NCBI GenBank assembly: GCA_963762255.1
Contig: CAVXKA010000002.1
Coordinates: 1,344,001 to 1,408,000, forward strand
DNA: 64,000 bases
Direction of reading: 5' to 3'
DNA from: Candidatus Eiseniibacteriota bacterium
GTDB taxonomy: Bacteria > Eisenbacteria > RBG-16-71-46 > JABDJR01
Every line of letters starts with the position of its first letter. Position 1 is the stretch's first letter. The position numbers and the translations under genes were made by a program. Shown in pieces: positions 10,232 through 23,425 of this stretch. The notes beneath the pieces are model-generated. The model had not been told where the DNA came from. It searched no databases and worked only from the letters and a program-made list of their open reading frames with translations.

Positions 10232-10575
10232 GTCACACCCCTCCTCATTCACGTCCCATCGTCGGAGCTTGCACGGCGGGGTCCGAGGCCGCGGTGGCCG
10301 GTGCCGCCGCCGTTCCCTCCGAGACTCACACAAAACGCGGCCAGTTTAGAGCATTCAGGGCGCCGATGCACGCGGGTCCAGACCTGAAAACGCTCCAGGG
10401 TGGACATGGCGGCGTAAAACTGATATAAGGCACAGGGCTTTTTGGGCTTGTCGTGGTCTCCACGCCCGCCGGACGGCACCCCGCCCGCCCGCCCGCCTCC
10501 CGCGGGAGACCGAAACTTCGTCCCTCTCACCTGCCGAGAGCACCAGCGCGTCGTGCGGTACCGGAGGAACCTTCA

Positions 10576-13083
<2,508 letters not shown>

Positions 13084-13087
<4 letters not shown>

Positions 13088-14587
13088 CGCGCCGCTCCCG
13101 GCCGGAGATGGCTGCGGTGGGCGCCGTAGAGCAGGTAGATGACGAGCCCCACCAGCAGCCACAGGCCGAACCGGAGCCAGGTGATCCAGGGGAGCCCCAG
13201 CGCGAGGTAAGAGGCAGGAGACGATCCCTAGGATCGGAACGACCGGCACCCACGGCGTGCGGAACGCCCTCGGCCGGTTCGGATCGCGCCGCCGCAGGAT
13301 CAGAATGCCCACGCACACCAACATGAAGGCGAAGAGAGTGCCGATGTTGGTGAGGTCCACCATCTCGTCGATGCTCGTGAACATCGAGGTCACACCCACC
13401 GCGACGCCGGTCATGATCGTGGTCACGTGAGGCGTGCGGTACTTGGGGTGGACCTTGGCGAAGACGGGCGGCAGGAGACCGTCACGCGCCATCGAGAAGA
13501 AGATGCGCGGCTGTCCGAGCTGGAACACCAGCAGAACCGCGGTGTGGGCGACCACCGAGCCGAAGGCGACGATCCCGACCGCCACGTTCCCCCAGTTCTC
13601 GATGTTGGCGTACTGGAGAGCCAGGGTGAGCGGTTCCGCCTGCTGAGTGGCCAGCGTCGCCTTCAGATCGTGATAAGGGATGATCCCTGTGAACACCGCG
13701 GCCACGATCACGTAGATGATCGTGCACACCACGAGGGAGCCGATGATCCCGATGGGAAGATCGCGCTTCGGGTTGCGCACCTCCTCCGCCACCGTGGACA
13801 CCGCGTCGAAGCCGATGTAGGCGAAGAAGACGACCGCCGCCCCGGCCTGGATCCCCGCCCACCCGTTGGGCGCGAACGGCGTCCAGTTCTCCGGTTTCAC
13901 GTAGCGCATGCCGATCAGGACGAAGAACGCGAGCACGAGGAGCTTGACGATCACCATCACCGTGGTGGTGCGCGAGCTCCCGCGGATGCCCATCACGAGC
14001 ACGATCGTGATGAGGCTCACGATCCCGATGGACAGCACGTTGACCACGATGGGGATTCCGAAGATGTGGGGCGCGTTCTCGAGGAGCCCTGGGATCCGCC
14101 CCGCGGTTCGGTAGTCGGTCGATAGCCAGTCGGGGATGTGTATCCCGAACCCGCTCACGAAGGTCTTGAAGTAGTTGGCCCAACTGATGGCGACGGCCAC
14201 GTTGCCGACCGCGTACTCGATGATGAGATCCCACCCGATGATCCACGCGACCAGCTCGCCGAGGGTGGCATAGGAGTACGTGTAGGCGCTCCCCGAGATC
14301 GGCACCATCGCCGCGAACTCCGCATAGCAGAGCGCGGCGAACCCGCAGGCGACGGCGGTGAGCACGAACGAGAGGATGAGCGCCGGTCCCGCCCCCGGGC
14401 GCGCGGCGTCGCCGGCGGCGGCGGTTCCGATGGTGGCGAAGATGCCGGCCCCGATGATGGCGCCAATCCCGAGCATCACCACATCGAAGGAGCCGAGGGC
14501 GCGCTTGAGTTGCCGCTCGGGGGCGTCCCCTTCATGCAGGAGCGCGTCCAGGTTCTTGGTGCGGAAGAACTGCTTGAGCATTCCCAT
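13084..14587 (-). CDS. APC-family amino acid permease; +1 frameshift at ~13209
   Basis: GIGAIIGAGIF, GSAYTY, FFAYIGFD, EEVRNPKRDLP and MARDGLLP motifs. Removing one A at 13209/13210 restores CLYLALGLPWITWLRF...GAAR*; the stop overlaps the hppA stop (CTAG). Confidence 0.9.
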
Positions 14588-14760
14588 CCCCCGGTCAGGA
14601 TTCGAGCGCGTCGGCGCGGAGCAGGAAGGCACGAGTGCCGGGCATTCTAGCAGGGGCGCAACCGGCCCGGCCTCGTGTATTCTTCGGGCCGCCGCTCCCC
14701 TTCGGGGGACGACCGCCCCGCGAGGCGGGGCAGGTTCCGTTCACGCATGGAGGCTGCCAG

Positions 14761-17700
14761 ATGATCTCGCGCCCGCTCGTGCTCGCCCTCGTCGCCGTCC
14801 TCGCGACTTCACTCGTTGCCGGAGCCTCGGCGGGGTCCACGAAGGAGGAATCGCGGCTGAAGGCCGAGACGTTCTCCGGGCTGGAGTTCCGAAGCATCGG
14901 TCCGGCCATGAACTCCGGCCGGATCGGAGATCTCGCCATCCACCCGTCGGACCCGAATACGTGGTACGTGGCAGTCGCGTCGGGGGGCGTGTGGAAGACA
15001 AGCAATGCCGGCACGACCTGGACACCCATCTTCGACAAGACCGGCTCGTATTCCATCGGGTGCGTCACCGTCGATCCGACGAACCCGCTCACGGTGTGGG
15101 TTGGCACCGGCGAGAACAACAGCCAGCGCAGCGTCGGCTACGGCGATGGCGTGTACAAGTCGGTGGACGGCGGGCGCAACTGGGAGAACATGGGCCTAAA
15201 GACCTCCGAGCACATCGGCGTGATCCTCGTCGATCCCCGCGACTCCAACATCGTGTTCGTGGCCGCGCAGGGACCGCTCTGGTCGAAGGGCGGCGATCGC
15301 GGGCTCTACCGCACCGAGGACGGCGGCAAGACGTGGAAGGCCGTGTTGGAGATCGACGCCTACACCGGCGTGAGCGACGTGATCTTCGAGCCGGGCAACC
15401 CGGACGTGATGTACGCCACGGCCTACCAGCGGCATCGCCGCGTGTGGACCCTGATCGACGGAGGGCCGGGCTGCGCGCTCTACAAGTCGGATGACGCCGG
15501 CGTCTCGTGGCGCAAGCTCGAGAACGGGCTCCCGAAGGGGGATCTGGGACGCATCGGCCTCGCGATCTCCCCCGCCAATCCGAAGATCGTCTACGCGCTC
15601 GTGGAGGCCGCCGACACGAAGAAGGACGGCTTCTACCGCTCCACAGACGCCGGCGGCAACTGGGAGAAGATGAGCGACTACCAGTCGCAGAGCCCGCAGT
15701 ACTACCAGGAGATCTACGCGGATCCGCACAATCCCGATCGCGTCTATTCGATGGACACCTGGATGCACGTGACCGAGGACGGTGGGAAGACCTTCCGCAA
15801 GGTCGGCGAGACCTACAAGCATGTGGACAATCACGCGCTCTGGATCAACCCCGACAACACCGACCACCTGATCGCCGGCTGCGACGGCGGCCTCTATCAA
15901 ACCTTCGATCGCTGCGCGACGTGGGCCTTCAGTGCCAACCTCCCCATCACCCAGTTTTACAAAGTCTGCGCGGACAGCGCCGCTCCGTTCTACAACGTCT
16001 ACGGCGGCACGCAGGACAACAACACGCTGGGCGGGCCCTCGCGCACGATCACCAACCACGGCATCATGAACTCGGACTGGTTCATCACCGTGGGCGGCGA
16101 CGGCTTCCAGAGCCAGGTCGATCCGGTGGATCCCAACATCGTCTACTCACAGTGGCAGCACGCGGGGCTCGTGCGGTTCGACAGGCGTAACGGAGAGGCC
16201 ATCGACATCCAACCCATGGCGGAACCCGGCGAGGCGCCGCTCCGTTGGAACTGGGACTCGCCGCTCGTGCTGAGCCCCCACTCGCCGACGCGCCTCTACA
16301 TCGCCGCCCAGCGGATCTTCCGCACCGACGACCGCGGAGATTCGTGGAGACCGGTGAGCCCTGATCTCACCCGCCAACTCGACCGCAATCGCCTCAAGAT
16401 CATGGATCGCGTCTGGAGCATCGACGCGGTGGCCAAGAACGCCTCGACGTCGTACTACGGCAACATCGTGTCGCTCACCGAGTCGCCGCTGGTGGAAGGG
16501 CTCCTCTACGCCGGCACCGACGACGGCCTCGTACAGGTGAGCGAGGACGGCGGCGGGAGCTGGCGCAAGGCGGAGAGCTTCCCCGGCGTGCCCGAGCTGA
16601 CCTACGTATCGCGGCTCACCGCGTCGCTCCACGACGCATCCACCGTGTACGCCGCGTTCGACAATCACAAGATGGGCGACTTCAAGCCGTACGTCTCGAA
16701 GAGCACCGATCGCGGCAAGAGTTGGAAGTCCATTGCCGGGGATCTGCCGGAGCGTGGCACGGTGTACGCGCTGGTCGAGGATCACGTGATCCCCGACCTG
16801 CTCTTCGCCGGCACCGAGTTCGGCGTCTTCTTCACCGCGGACGGCGGGAAGCGATGGGTCCAACTCAACGCAGGCATCCCGGTCATCGCGGTGCGCGACC
16901 TTGCCATCCAGCGGCGCGAGAGCGATCTCGTGGCCGGCACGTTCGGCCGCGGCTTCTACATCCTCGACGACTACTCGCCGCTGCGGTCCGCGCCCGCGGT
17001 GGTGGACAGCGCGTCCATGCTCTTCCCGGTGAAGCCGGCCTGGATGTTCATCCAATCATCGCCGATGGGCGGGCGCGAGAAGGCGAGTCTCGGCGACGCG
17101 TTCTTCACCGCGCCCAACCCGCCGTTCGGCGCGATCTTCACGTACTACCTGCGCGAGGAGATCAAGACCCGAGCCGAGAGGCGGCGGGACGCTGAGAAGG
17201 AGCTGATCAAGGCGGGCAAGGACATCTCCTACCCGGATTGGGATAGCGTGAGGGTCGAGGAACGCGAGGAGGAGCCGACTGCGATCCTCACCGTGACCGA
17301 CGACGAGGGCAACGTCGTGCGGCGCTTGACCGGTCCGGTGACCAAGGGCTTCCATCGGGTCGCATGGGATCTGCGCTACCCGGCCGCGGAGCCCATCAGC
17401 CTGAAGCCGAGGGAGGTGAACCCCTGGGACGAGCCTCCGGCCGGACCGCTCGCCTCGCCCGGTGAGTACCGCGTTTCGCTCGCCGTGCGCGTCGACGGCA
17501 AGGTGAAGTCGGTGACCGGCTCGCAGGCCTTCGACGCCCGGCCGCTCGCCACCGCGACGCTTCCGGCCAAGGACCGCGGCGCGCTGCTCGCCTTCCAGAA
17601 GGAGACGCAGCGGCTCCAGCGCGCGGTGCTGGGCGCGGTGCAGTCCGCGCGTGAGGCCAAGGACCGGCTCGCCCACCTCAAGAAGGCCATCGACGACACG

Positions 17701-18048
17701 CCCGGGGCCGATCCCGCGCTCGCCGACGACGCGCGTTCACTCGACGCGCGGCTCACCGAGCTTCTCGTGAGCCTCTCCGGTGACGACATTCTGTCGCAGC
17801 ACAACGAGCCCACGCCGCCTTCGATCGCAAGCCGCGTGCGGCGGGTCGTCGAAGGGCACTGGACCTCGACCTCCGACGCCACGAAGACGCATCATCGCGC
17901 CTACGAGATCGCCGCGGCCGAGTTCGGCGGCGTGCTCGCGCAGCTCCGCACGCTGGTGGAGACGGATCTGCGCGGGCTTGAAGAGCGCGCCGAGAAGGCC
18001 GGAGCGCCGTGGACGCCGGGGCGCGTGCCGGAGTGGAAGCCGGAGTAG
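14761..18048 (+). CDS. Secreted BNR/Asp-box (VPS10-like) beta-propeller protein, glycoside hydrolase-like
   Basis: Signal peptide, FRSIGPA..SGRI N-terminus and many SxDGGxTW Asp-box repeats. Confidence 0.85.
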   Translation: MISRPLVLALVAVLATSLVAGASAGSTKEESRLKAETFSGLEFRSIGPAMNSGRIGDLAIHPSDPNTWYVAVASGGVWKTSNAGTTWTPIFDKTGSYSIGCVTVDPTNPLTVWVGTGENNSQRSVGYGDGVYKSVDGGRNWENMGLKTSEHIGVILVDPRDSNIVFVAAQGPLWSKGGDRGLYRTEDGGKTWKAVLEIDAYTGVSDVIFEPGNPDVMYATAYQRHRRVWTLIDGGPGCALYKSDDAGVSWRKLENGLPKGDLGRIGLAISPANPKIVYALVEAADTKKDGFYRSTDAGGNWEKMSDYQSQSPQYYQEIYADPHNPDRVYSMDTWMHVTEDGGKTFRKVGETYKHVDNHALWINPDNTDHLIAGCDGGLYQTFDRCATWAFSANLPITQFYKVCADSAAPFYNVYGGTQDNNTLGGPSRTITNHGIMNSDWFITVGGDGFQSQVDPVDPNIVYSQWQHAGLVRFDRRNGEAIDIQPMAEPGEAPLRWNWDSPLVLSPHSPTRLYIAAQRIFRTDDRGDSWRPVSPDLTRQLDRNRLKIMDRVWSIDAVAKNASTSYYGNIVSLTESPLVEGLLYAGTDDGLVQVSEDGGGSWRKAESFPGVPELTYVSRLTASLHDASTVYAAFDNHKMGDFKPYVSKSTDRGKSWKSIAGDLPERGTVYALVEDHVIPDLLFAGTEFGVFFTADGGKRWVQLNAGIPVIAVRDLAIQRRESDLVAGTFGRGFYILDDYSPLRSAPAVVDSASMLFPVKPAWMFIQSSPMGGREKASLGDAFFTAPNPPFGAIFTYYLREEIKTRAERRRDAEKELIKAGKDISYPDWDSVRVEEREEEPTAILTVTDDEGNVVRRLTGPVTKGFHRVAWDLRYPAAEPISLKPREVNPWDEPPAGPLASPGEYRVSLAVRVDGKVKSVTGSQAFDARPLATATLPAKDRGALLAFQKETQRLQRAVLGAVQSAREAKDRLAHLKKAIDDTPGADPALADDARSLDARLTELLVSLSGDDILSQHNEPTPPSIASRVRRVVEGHWTSTSDATKTHHRAYEIAAAEFGGVLAQLRTLVETDLRGLEERAEKAGAPWTPGRVPEWKPE

Positions 18049-18069
18049 TCGCGCGGTTCGTTCGCACGG

Positions 18070-18095
18070 ACGGGCGGGGCTGCGGCCCCGCCCGT
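18070..18095. terminator. Hairpin terminator between convergent genes
   Basis: ACGGGCGGGGC-TGCG-GCCCCGCCCGT, a perfect 11-bp stem followed by TT. Confidence 0.65.
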
Positions 18096-18109
18096 TTGCA
18101 GTACAGGTC

Positions 18110-19171
18110 CTAGTGGACGTGCTGCTCCCCGTCCAGCGGCGCCGTCATCCACAAATTCCAATCGTCGTCGGGGAGGAGCTGCAGCCCGCTCATATCGTAC
18201 TGGCCTCGGTTGATGTCATACGCGTCGTACCAACCCGCCGCGAACTCGTAGACCTCGCCGCTCTCGGGGTCGTAGACGCGCTCCACGCCGCGATAGCCGT
18301 CGGTCCACTTTTCGGCCGTGATGTCCTCGGTGTGCGACCGCCCCTGCCAGCCTTCCCATAGGATGTCCGAGGCCTCGCTCAACGTTCGGCCCGCCTCGGC
18401 GACCGCACCCCAGATCTGCGCCGACTCATCCAGGCAGTCCTGCACGTATCCCTGGGTGATCGTGAAGGTGTTGAGCGACGCAACGAGACGATCGATCGCG
18501 TCGGGGAACTCGCCCTTGGGCATGGTCGCTCCGCAGATGAAATAGCCGTAGCCGTTCCCCCCCGCGGGATTGCCGGTGAAAGGCGAAAAGGGAACCACGG
18601 TGACGAGGAACATCCCCTCCCCCACCGCGCCGTCCTGCGTGAACAGACCGCGCAGGATGGCGGTGGAGCCGCCGGGAAGCATATCGTCCTGAGGATCGAC
18701 CGCCACCACCTTGAGATCGCGCAGCTTGGGGAACCTGGACATGAACGCGGTGGCGGCGGCCATGTCCGCGATTTGCGGCCAATGCGCCAGGTAGTTCTCC
18801 GGCGTGAACGGGTCCACCACCGGCGCGTCGATCCAGGGTATGGGATAGCCACTCGCACCGACGTACTCCTCGTCGATGTCCTTCTGCGCCTGGCTCATGT
18901 ACACCGGACCCACGCTGCCGAAGTAGTAGATCTGGCGCATCGGGTTCGCGGGGTCGTAGGCGAGGAGGGCGAAGGTGGTGCAACGGCCCGAGGTGACGAG
19001 GGTCCACCCCTTTGGTTTGTCGATGGAGAAGAAGCCGGCGTCGAAATGCTCCAGGGGGAGGTCGCCGTCCGAGGGCGGGCCCGTGGAGTTGCCTCCACCG
19101 CAGCCGAGGCCGAGCATCAACCCAACGATACAGATCAAGAAAACGTGGCGGCCAAGGACGATTCTACGCAT
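18110..19171 (-). CDS. Hypothetical lipoprotein
   Basis: Basic N-terminus, hydrophobic stretch and lipobox-like LGLGC; protein-like composition over 353 aa. Confidence 0.75.
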   Translation of the reverse strand: MRRIVLGRHVFLICIVGLMLGLGCGGGNSTGPPSDGDLPLEHFDAGFFSIDKPKGWTLVTSGRCTTFALLAYDPANPMRQIYYFGSVGPVYMSQAQKDIDEEYVGASGYPIPWIDAPVVDPFTPENYLAHWPQIADMAAATAFMSRFPKLRDLKVVAVDPQDDMLPGGSTAILRGLFTQDGAVGEGMFLVTVVPFSPFTGNPAGGNGYGYFICGATMPKGEFPDAIDRLVASLNTFTITQGYVQDCLDESAQIWGAVAEAGRTLSEASDILWEGWQGRSHTEDITAEKWTDGYRGVERVYDPESGEVYEFAAGWYDAYDINRGQYDMSGLQLLPDDDWNLWMTAPLDGEQHVH

Positions 19172-19293
19172 GTCGCGAACCCTTCATGGATTCGGAGCAC
19201 GGGGTGGTACGGGGCGCATTATACGCCGGAGGCGCGCGGCGCGCACGCCCGCGGCGACAATCCCCCGCCGGCGCTTCGGGCCCGCGCCAAAGA

Positions 19294-19325
19294 CGAAGCC
19301 CCGGCCGTTCCCGACCGGGGCTTCG
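19294..19325 (-). terminator. Rho-independent terminator of the tricorn protease gene
   Basis: CGAAGCCCCGG-N10-CCGGGGCTTCG, followed on the minus strand by TCTTT. Confidence 0.7.
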
Positions 19326-19345
19326 CATAACGGCTCAGACCGCGA

Positions 19346-22300
19346 TCACTGCTTCTTATACTTCGGACGCCCCGGTCGAACGACCGGATGAGCCTTGAGC
19401 TCGTCCTGGCAATACCGGATCGCCCGTTCGAGCTGAAGGTCGTGGCCGTCCACCATCGACTCGGGTGTGTTCTCCACCTCGAAATCGGGATCCACGCCGT
19501 GGTTCTCGACCAGCCACTTCCCGTCCACGCTGTACATGCCGAAGTCGGGCATGGTCACGCCGCCCCCGTCCACCAGCGGCAGCCCGTGGCTGATCCCCAC
19601 GAGACCGCCCCAGGTGCGCTTGCCGATGATCGGGCCGCAGCCCATCATGCGGAAGTAGAGCGGGAACGCGTCGCCGCCCGAGCCGGCGTACTCGTTGGCG
19701 AGGATGCATTTCGGGCCGTCGATGCTCCCGCCCGGCGTGCGGAACGAGCCGCCGTCGCGACTCGACCAGTACACCCACGTCGAGCGCATCAGCCGCTCCA
19801 CGAAGAAGTCCGGGATGAACCCGCCGCCGTTGAAGCGCTCGTCCACGATGATCCCGGTCTTGTCGACCTGCGGGAAGTAGCCCTTCCAGAACTCCTGCAC
19901 GCCGGCGATCGACGTGTTGGGAACGTGGATGTAGGCGACCTTCCCATCGGTGGCCTCGTAGACCTTCTTGCGGTTCCCGCTTACCCAGGCGACGTAGCGC
20001 AGCGAGGCCTCGTTGGCGATCGGGGTCACCGTGTAGGTGCGCGCTTTGGAGTCGCCCGCCGAGGCGCCCACCTTGATCGACGTTTGCTTACCGACTGTGC
20101 CCACGAACGCGGCGTGGATGTTCTCCGGCGCCCGCACCGGCCGGCCGTTCACCTCCAGGAGGTAGTCGCCCTCGCGAACGAGGATGCCGGGCTCGCCGAG
20201 CGGCGCCGCGTTCGAGGAGTTCCAGTCGCGCTCCCGGTAGATCTTCGTGAACCTGTAGAGCCCGCTCCCGGCGTCCAGCTCGTAGTCGGCACCGAGAAGC
20301 CCCACCGGCACCGGCATCACGCGCGGCGAATCCCCGCCGCCGACGTAGGCGTGCGACGTCGCCAGCTCCCCGATCAATTCGCCCAGGATGTAGTTGAGAT
20401 CGGCGCGATGCGCGACGTACGGCACGAGCTGGCGATAGCGCTCACCGACCGCTTTCCAGTCCAGTCCGCCCATGTCGGGGTCGTAGTAGAAGTCCCGCTC
20501 GAGGCGCCAGGCCTCGTCGAACATCTGCATCCACTCCTGGCGCGGGTCGACCGATGCCATGAGGGAGCCGGAGTCGATCTTGCCGTCCCCGACCTTCTGC
20601 CCTTCGGCGATGTCCACGATGCCCGCGGTCTCGCCCTTGCGATAGAGGAGCTTCCCGCCGTCCTTGGACACCGAGAAGAACGGATCGACGCCATCGAGAA
20701 CCGTCTTGTCCTCGCGCTTCTCCAGATCGTAGAAGTGGATGGAAGCCGAGCCCTCGCCGTCCTCTTCGGGATCCCCGGCCTCCTCCTGCTTCACGAACAG
20801 AACCTTTCCCTTCAGCGCCTGGATCCCGAGGTAGCGACCGGCCGGCACCGGAATCTCCGCGATCCGCGTGCCGAGTCCGTCCAGACCGATCTTGAGCGCC
20901 GGAGCATCGTCGTCCTTCTTCTCGTCCTTCTTCTCATCCTTCGCGCCCCTTCCGCCCTTCGCCTTATCCCCGGCGTCGCCCTTGTCGCCGTCCTCGGACT
21001 TGGCTTCCCCCGTCTCCTCGTCGCTCTGGGGAGCGACCGGCGAGGCGGTGGTGTCCTGAAGGGTCATCGCGTAGATCTTGTCGGTGGCCTTGAACTGGAA
21101 GTCCAGCTCGAAGGCGCCGATCTCCGGCTGGAACGTGCGCCGCGATACGAAGTAGAGGTACTTCCCGTCGGGATCGAACGCGGGCATGAAATCGTCGCTC
21201 ATCCCGTCGGTGACCGCGGTCGGCTTGCCGCCGCCCAGCGCGTAGAGATGAATGACGGAGAAGCCGGCCTCGGTGGGCTTCGAGTAGCACACCCATTTCG
21301 AATCCGACGACCAATCGTAGTCGTGGATCTCCCCCCACTCGCTGTAGTCCACGTCGGTGATGCGGCCGCTCTCCACGTCGGCCCAGTAGAGTCGCAGCGT
21401 CTTGTCCGAGAAGAGGAGCTTCTTCGAGTCGGGCGACCATACCGGCCGGAAGCGGAACGTGGCTCCTTCGCGAGTCACCTGACGGTCGGGCGTCGCGCCG
21501 TCCGCACCGATCACGTGGAGCTGATACTCACCCGACTTGTCGGAGAGGAACGCGATCCACTTGCCGTCCGGCGACCACATCGGGTCACGCTCCCGCGCAC
21601 CGGGCGTATTGGTGAGGTTTCGCACGTCCCCCTTCTCGGCGGGGACCGAGAACAACTCGCCACGGGCCTCGACCACCACCCGCTTGGCGGACGGCGAGAG
21701 GCTCATCCCCCCGGTCCACTCCGATACGTTGCGGAACTCGACTCGCGCGGCCGGTTTGTCGTCGGGGACCAGCACCGAGAGCTTGGTGAGCTTCTCGGAC
21801 GGGAGGTCCATCACGTAGAGATAGCCGCCGTTCTCGAACACGACGGCGTCGCTTCCTACGCTCGGCCACTTGACGTCGTACTCGGAAAACGTCGTGACCT
21901 GGCGGTGAGTCTTCGCGTCGAGGTCGTAGGCCCACAGGTTGGCGATCTTGGCGTTGCGGTCCGAACAGTAGTAGACCGTGCGACCGTGGAACATCGGCCA
22001 CTCGTCGGGGCCGTCCCAATCGGTGATCTTCTCGGACTGATTCTTATCGAAGTCATAGACCCAGATGTCGGCGGCGCTGCCGCCGCGATAGCGCTTCCAG
22101 GTCCGCCGGTCGTAGCTGGGGCTCACGAAGGCGATCAGCTTGCCGTCGGCTGACAGGCTCGCGTAGCCGGCGGTGGGAAGAGCGAGCATCTCCTCGAAGC
22201 CGCCCCCGGCGGGAACGCGGAAGAAGCGCTCGACGCGCGAGGGTGCAGAGGCACGTGCCGAGCGCAACAGGATGGTGCGCCCGTCCGGATACCACTCCGC

Positions 22301-22651
22301 AACCTGGTCGCCGCCCGGATGCCACGTGAGGCGCTTCGGTTCGCCCCCGACGACGGAGGCGGTGAACGCATCCATGTTGCCGTCGTACTCGGCGGTGAAG
22401 GCGACGGTCCCGCCGTCGGGCGACAACTTGGGGAACTGCTCGATCCCCTCGTGGGTGGTCAAGCGTACGGCGGTCCCTCCATCGCGGGGCACCATCCAGA
22501 GATCCCCCGCGTAAACGAAGACGATCTGGTTTCCTTGAATGTCGGGCTGGCGCAGGAGGCGACATTCCTCGAGCGCGGCGACGGGCGCAGCGGCCCCGAG
22601 CACCAGGACCAACACCAGGGTGAGCAAGCCGGCGAGACGGAAGACAGACAT
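19346..22651 (-). CDS. Tricorn-like protease (S41 family), secreted
   Basis: Signal peptide, PD40-like propeller repeats (WSPDGK), ELATSHAY, a PDZ-like region, DERFNGGG, AGSGGD (catalytic Ser) and ENHGVDPD. Confidence 0.93.
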   Translation of the reverse strand: MSVFRLAGLLTLVLVLVLGAAAPVAALEECRLLRQPDIQGNQIVFVYAGDLWMVPRDGGTAVRLTTHEGIEQFPKLSPDGGTVAFTAEYDGNMDAFTASVVGGEPKRLTWHPGGDQVAEWYPDGRTILLRSARASAPSRVERFFRVPAGGGFEEMLALPTAGYASLSADGKLIAFVSPSYDRRTWKRYRGGSAADIWVYDFDKNQSEKITDWDGPDEWPMFHGRTVYYCSDRNAKIANLWAYDLDAKTHRQVTTFSEYDVKWPSVGSDAVVFENGGYLYVMDLPSEKLTKLSVLVPDDKPAARVEFRNVSEWTGGMSLSPSAKRVVVEARGELFSVPAEKGDVRNLTNTPGARERDPMWSPDGKWIAFLSDKSGEYQLHVIGADGATPDRQVTREGATFRFRPVWSPDSKKLLFSDKTLRLYWADVESGRITDVDYSEWGEIHDYDWSSDSKWVCYSKPTEAGFSVIHLYALGGGKPTAVTDGMSDDFMPAFDPDGKYLYFVSRRTFQPEIGAFELDFQFKATDKIYAMTLQDTTASPVAPQSDEETGEAKSEDGDKGDAGDKAKGGRGAKDEKKDEKKDDDAPALKIGLDGLGTRIAEIPVPAGRYLGIQALKGKVLFVKQEEAGDPEEDGEGSASIHFYDLEKREDKTVLDGVDPFFSVSKDGGKLLYRKGETAGIVDIAEGQKVGDGKIDSGSLMASVDPRQEWMQMFDEAWRLERDFYYDPDMGGLDWKAVGERYRQLVPYVAHRADLNYILGELIGELATSHAYVGGGDSPRVMPVPVGLLGADYELDAGSGLYRFTKIYRERDWNSSNAAPLGEPGILVREGDYLLEVNGRPVRAPENIHAAFVGTVGKQTSIKVGASAGDSKARTYTVTPIANEASLRYVAWVSGNRKKVYEATDGKVAYIHVPNTSIAGVQEFWKGYFPQVDKTGIIVDERFNGGGFIPDFFVERLMRSTWVYWSSRDGGSFRTPGGSIDGPKCILANEYAGSGGDAFPLYFRMMGCGPIIGKRTWGGLVGISHGLPLVDGGGVTMPDFGMYSVDGKWLVENHGVDPDFEVENTPESMVDGHDLQLERAIRYCQDELKAHPVVRPGRPKYKKQ

Positions 22652-22802
22652 CGCGAAGCTCCTTACGGCTGTGCGAGCGGGTGGAGGACTGAGGCCGGCG
22701 GGGACCGGAAGGGGCATTCTAGCAGGATGGGGCCGAAACGGCGTGCCGCGGAGGGCCCAAGCAGGGCCCTCCACGCCGCCGAGCAGGGTTAACGGTCGGA
22801 GG

Positions 22803-23354
22803 TCAGCTCTCCGCCGGGACGAAGTACACGTCGGTCGGCTTGAGCTTGCTATTGCGCAGGAAACGCGGTTTAACCTTCATCCCGATCCACTCCAGAGACG
22901 CCTTGTCGGGGTCCATACCCATGATCCGGGTGAGAAGGAGCGTGTTCGCCCCCTCGAACTCGACCAGGGCGAGCACGAACGGCGTCTCGGGCAGGAATTC
23001 CTCCGACCCGAAGTGGCAGACCGTGAAGGCATGCACGTGCGCCTCACGGTCGGTGATGTCGATCCAGTCGGTCTCCTCCCCGGTGTACATGTCGTTGCCG
23101 CGCGGCTGCGGGTACGTGTAGCCGGTCTTCGGGTCCTTGGAGGCGATGATCCGGCGGTTGGTGAGCGCGGCGAACCAGGGACTGTCCTGGCCGTAGGAGT
23201 GCAGATACGCGATCCGGTACTCCTGCTCGATCTGGATCGGGGTCATCTTCTTGAGGAACGCCAGCGAATCGGGATCGGTCTCCACCGGGAACGGGATCCC
23301 GTGGACGACGAATCCTCCCAACGTCTCTTCGCGGCGGGAAGGCAACTTGGCCAT
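22803..23354 (-). CDS. DUF35 (rubredoxin-like/OB-fold) protein lacking the zinc-ribbon cysteines
   Basis: OB-fold motifs (VHAFTV, PFVLALVEF, IGMKVKPRF); lies immediately downstream of a thiolase-like gene. Confidence 0.8.
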   Translation of the reverse strand: MAKLPSRREETLGGFVVHGIPFPVETDPDSLAFLKKMTPIQIEQEYRIAYLHSYGQDSPWFAALTNRRIIASKDPKTGYTYPQPRGNDMYTGEETDWIDITDREAHVHAFTVCHFGSEEFLPETPFVLALVEFEGANTLLLTRIMGMDPDKASLEWIGMKVKPRFLRNSKLKPTDVYFVPAES

Positions 23355-23425
23355 GATGAACTCCTTCTACTGACCGCACCGCGAGCGCGGCGCGAGGTGC
23401 ATGCGGTTGTGCTCGTGCGTCGCGC

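Noticed and set aside
7607-10387. 926-aa plus-strand ORF, and similar giants at 19388-22153, 37983-41201, 49809-53183 and 55904-58132
   Set aside because: Antisense shadows of well-supported genes; stop codons are rare on the opposite strand at this GC content and the translations carry no motifs.
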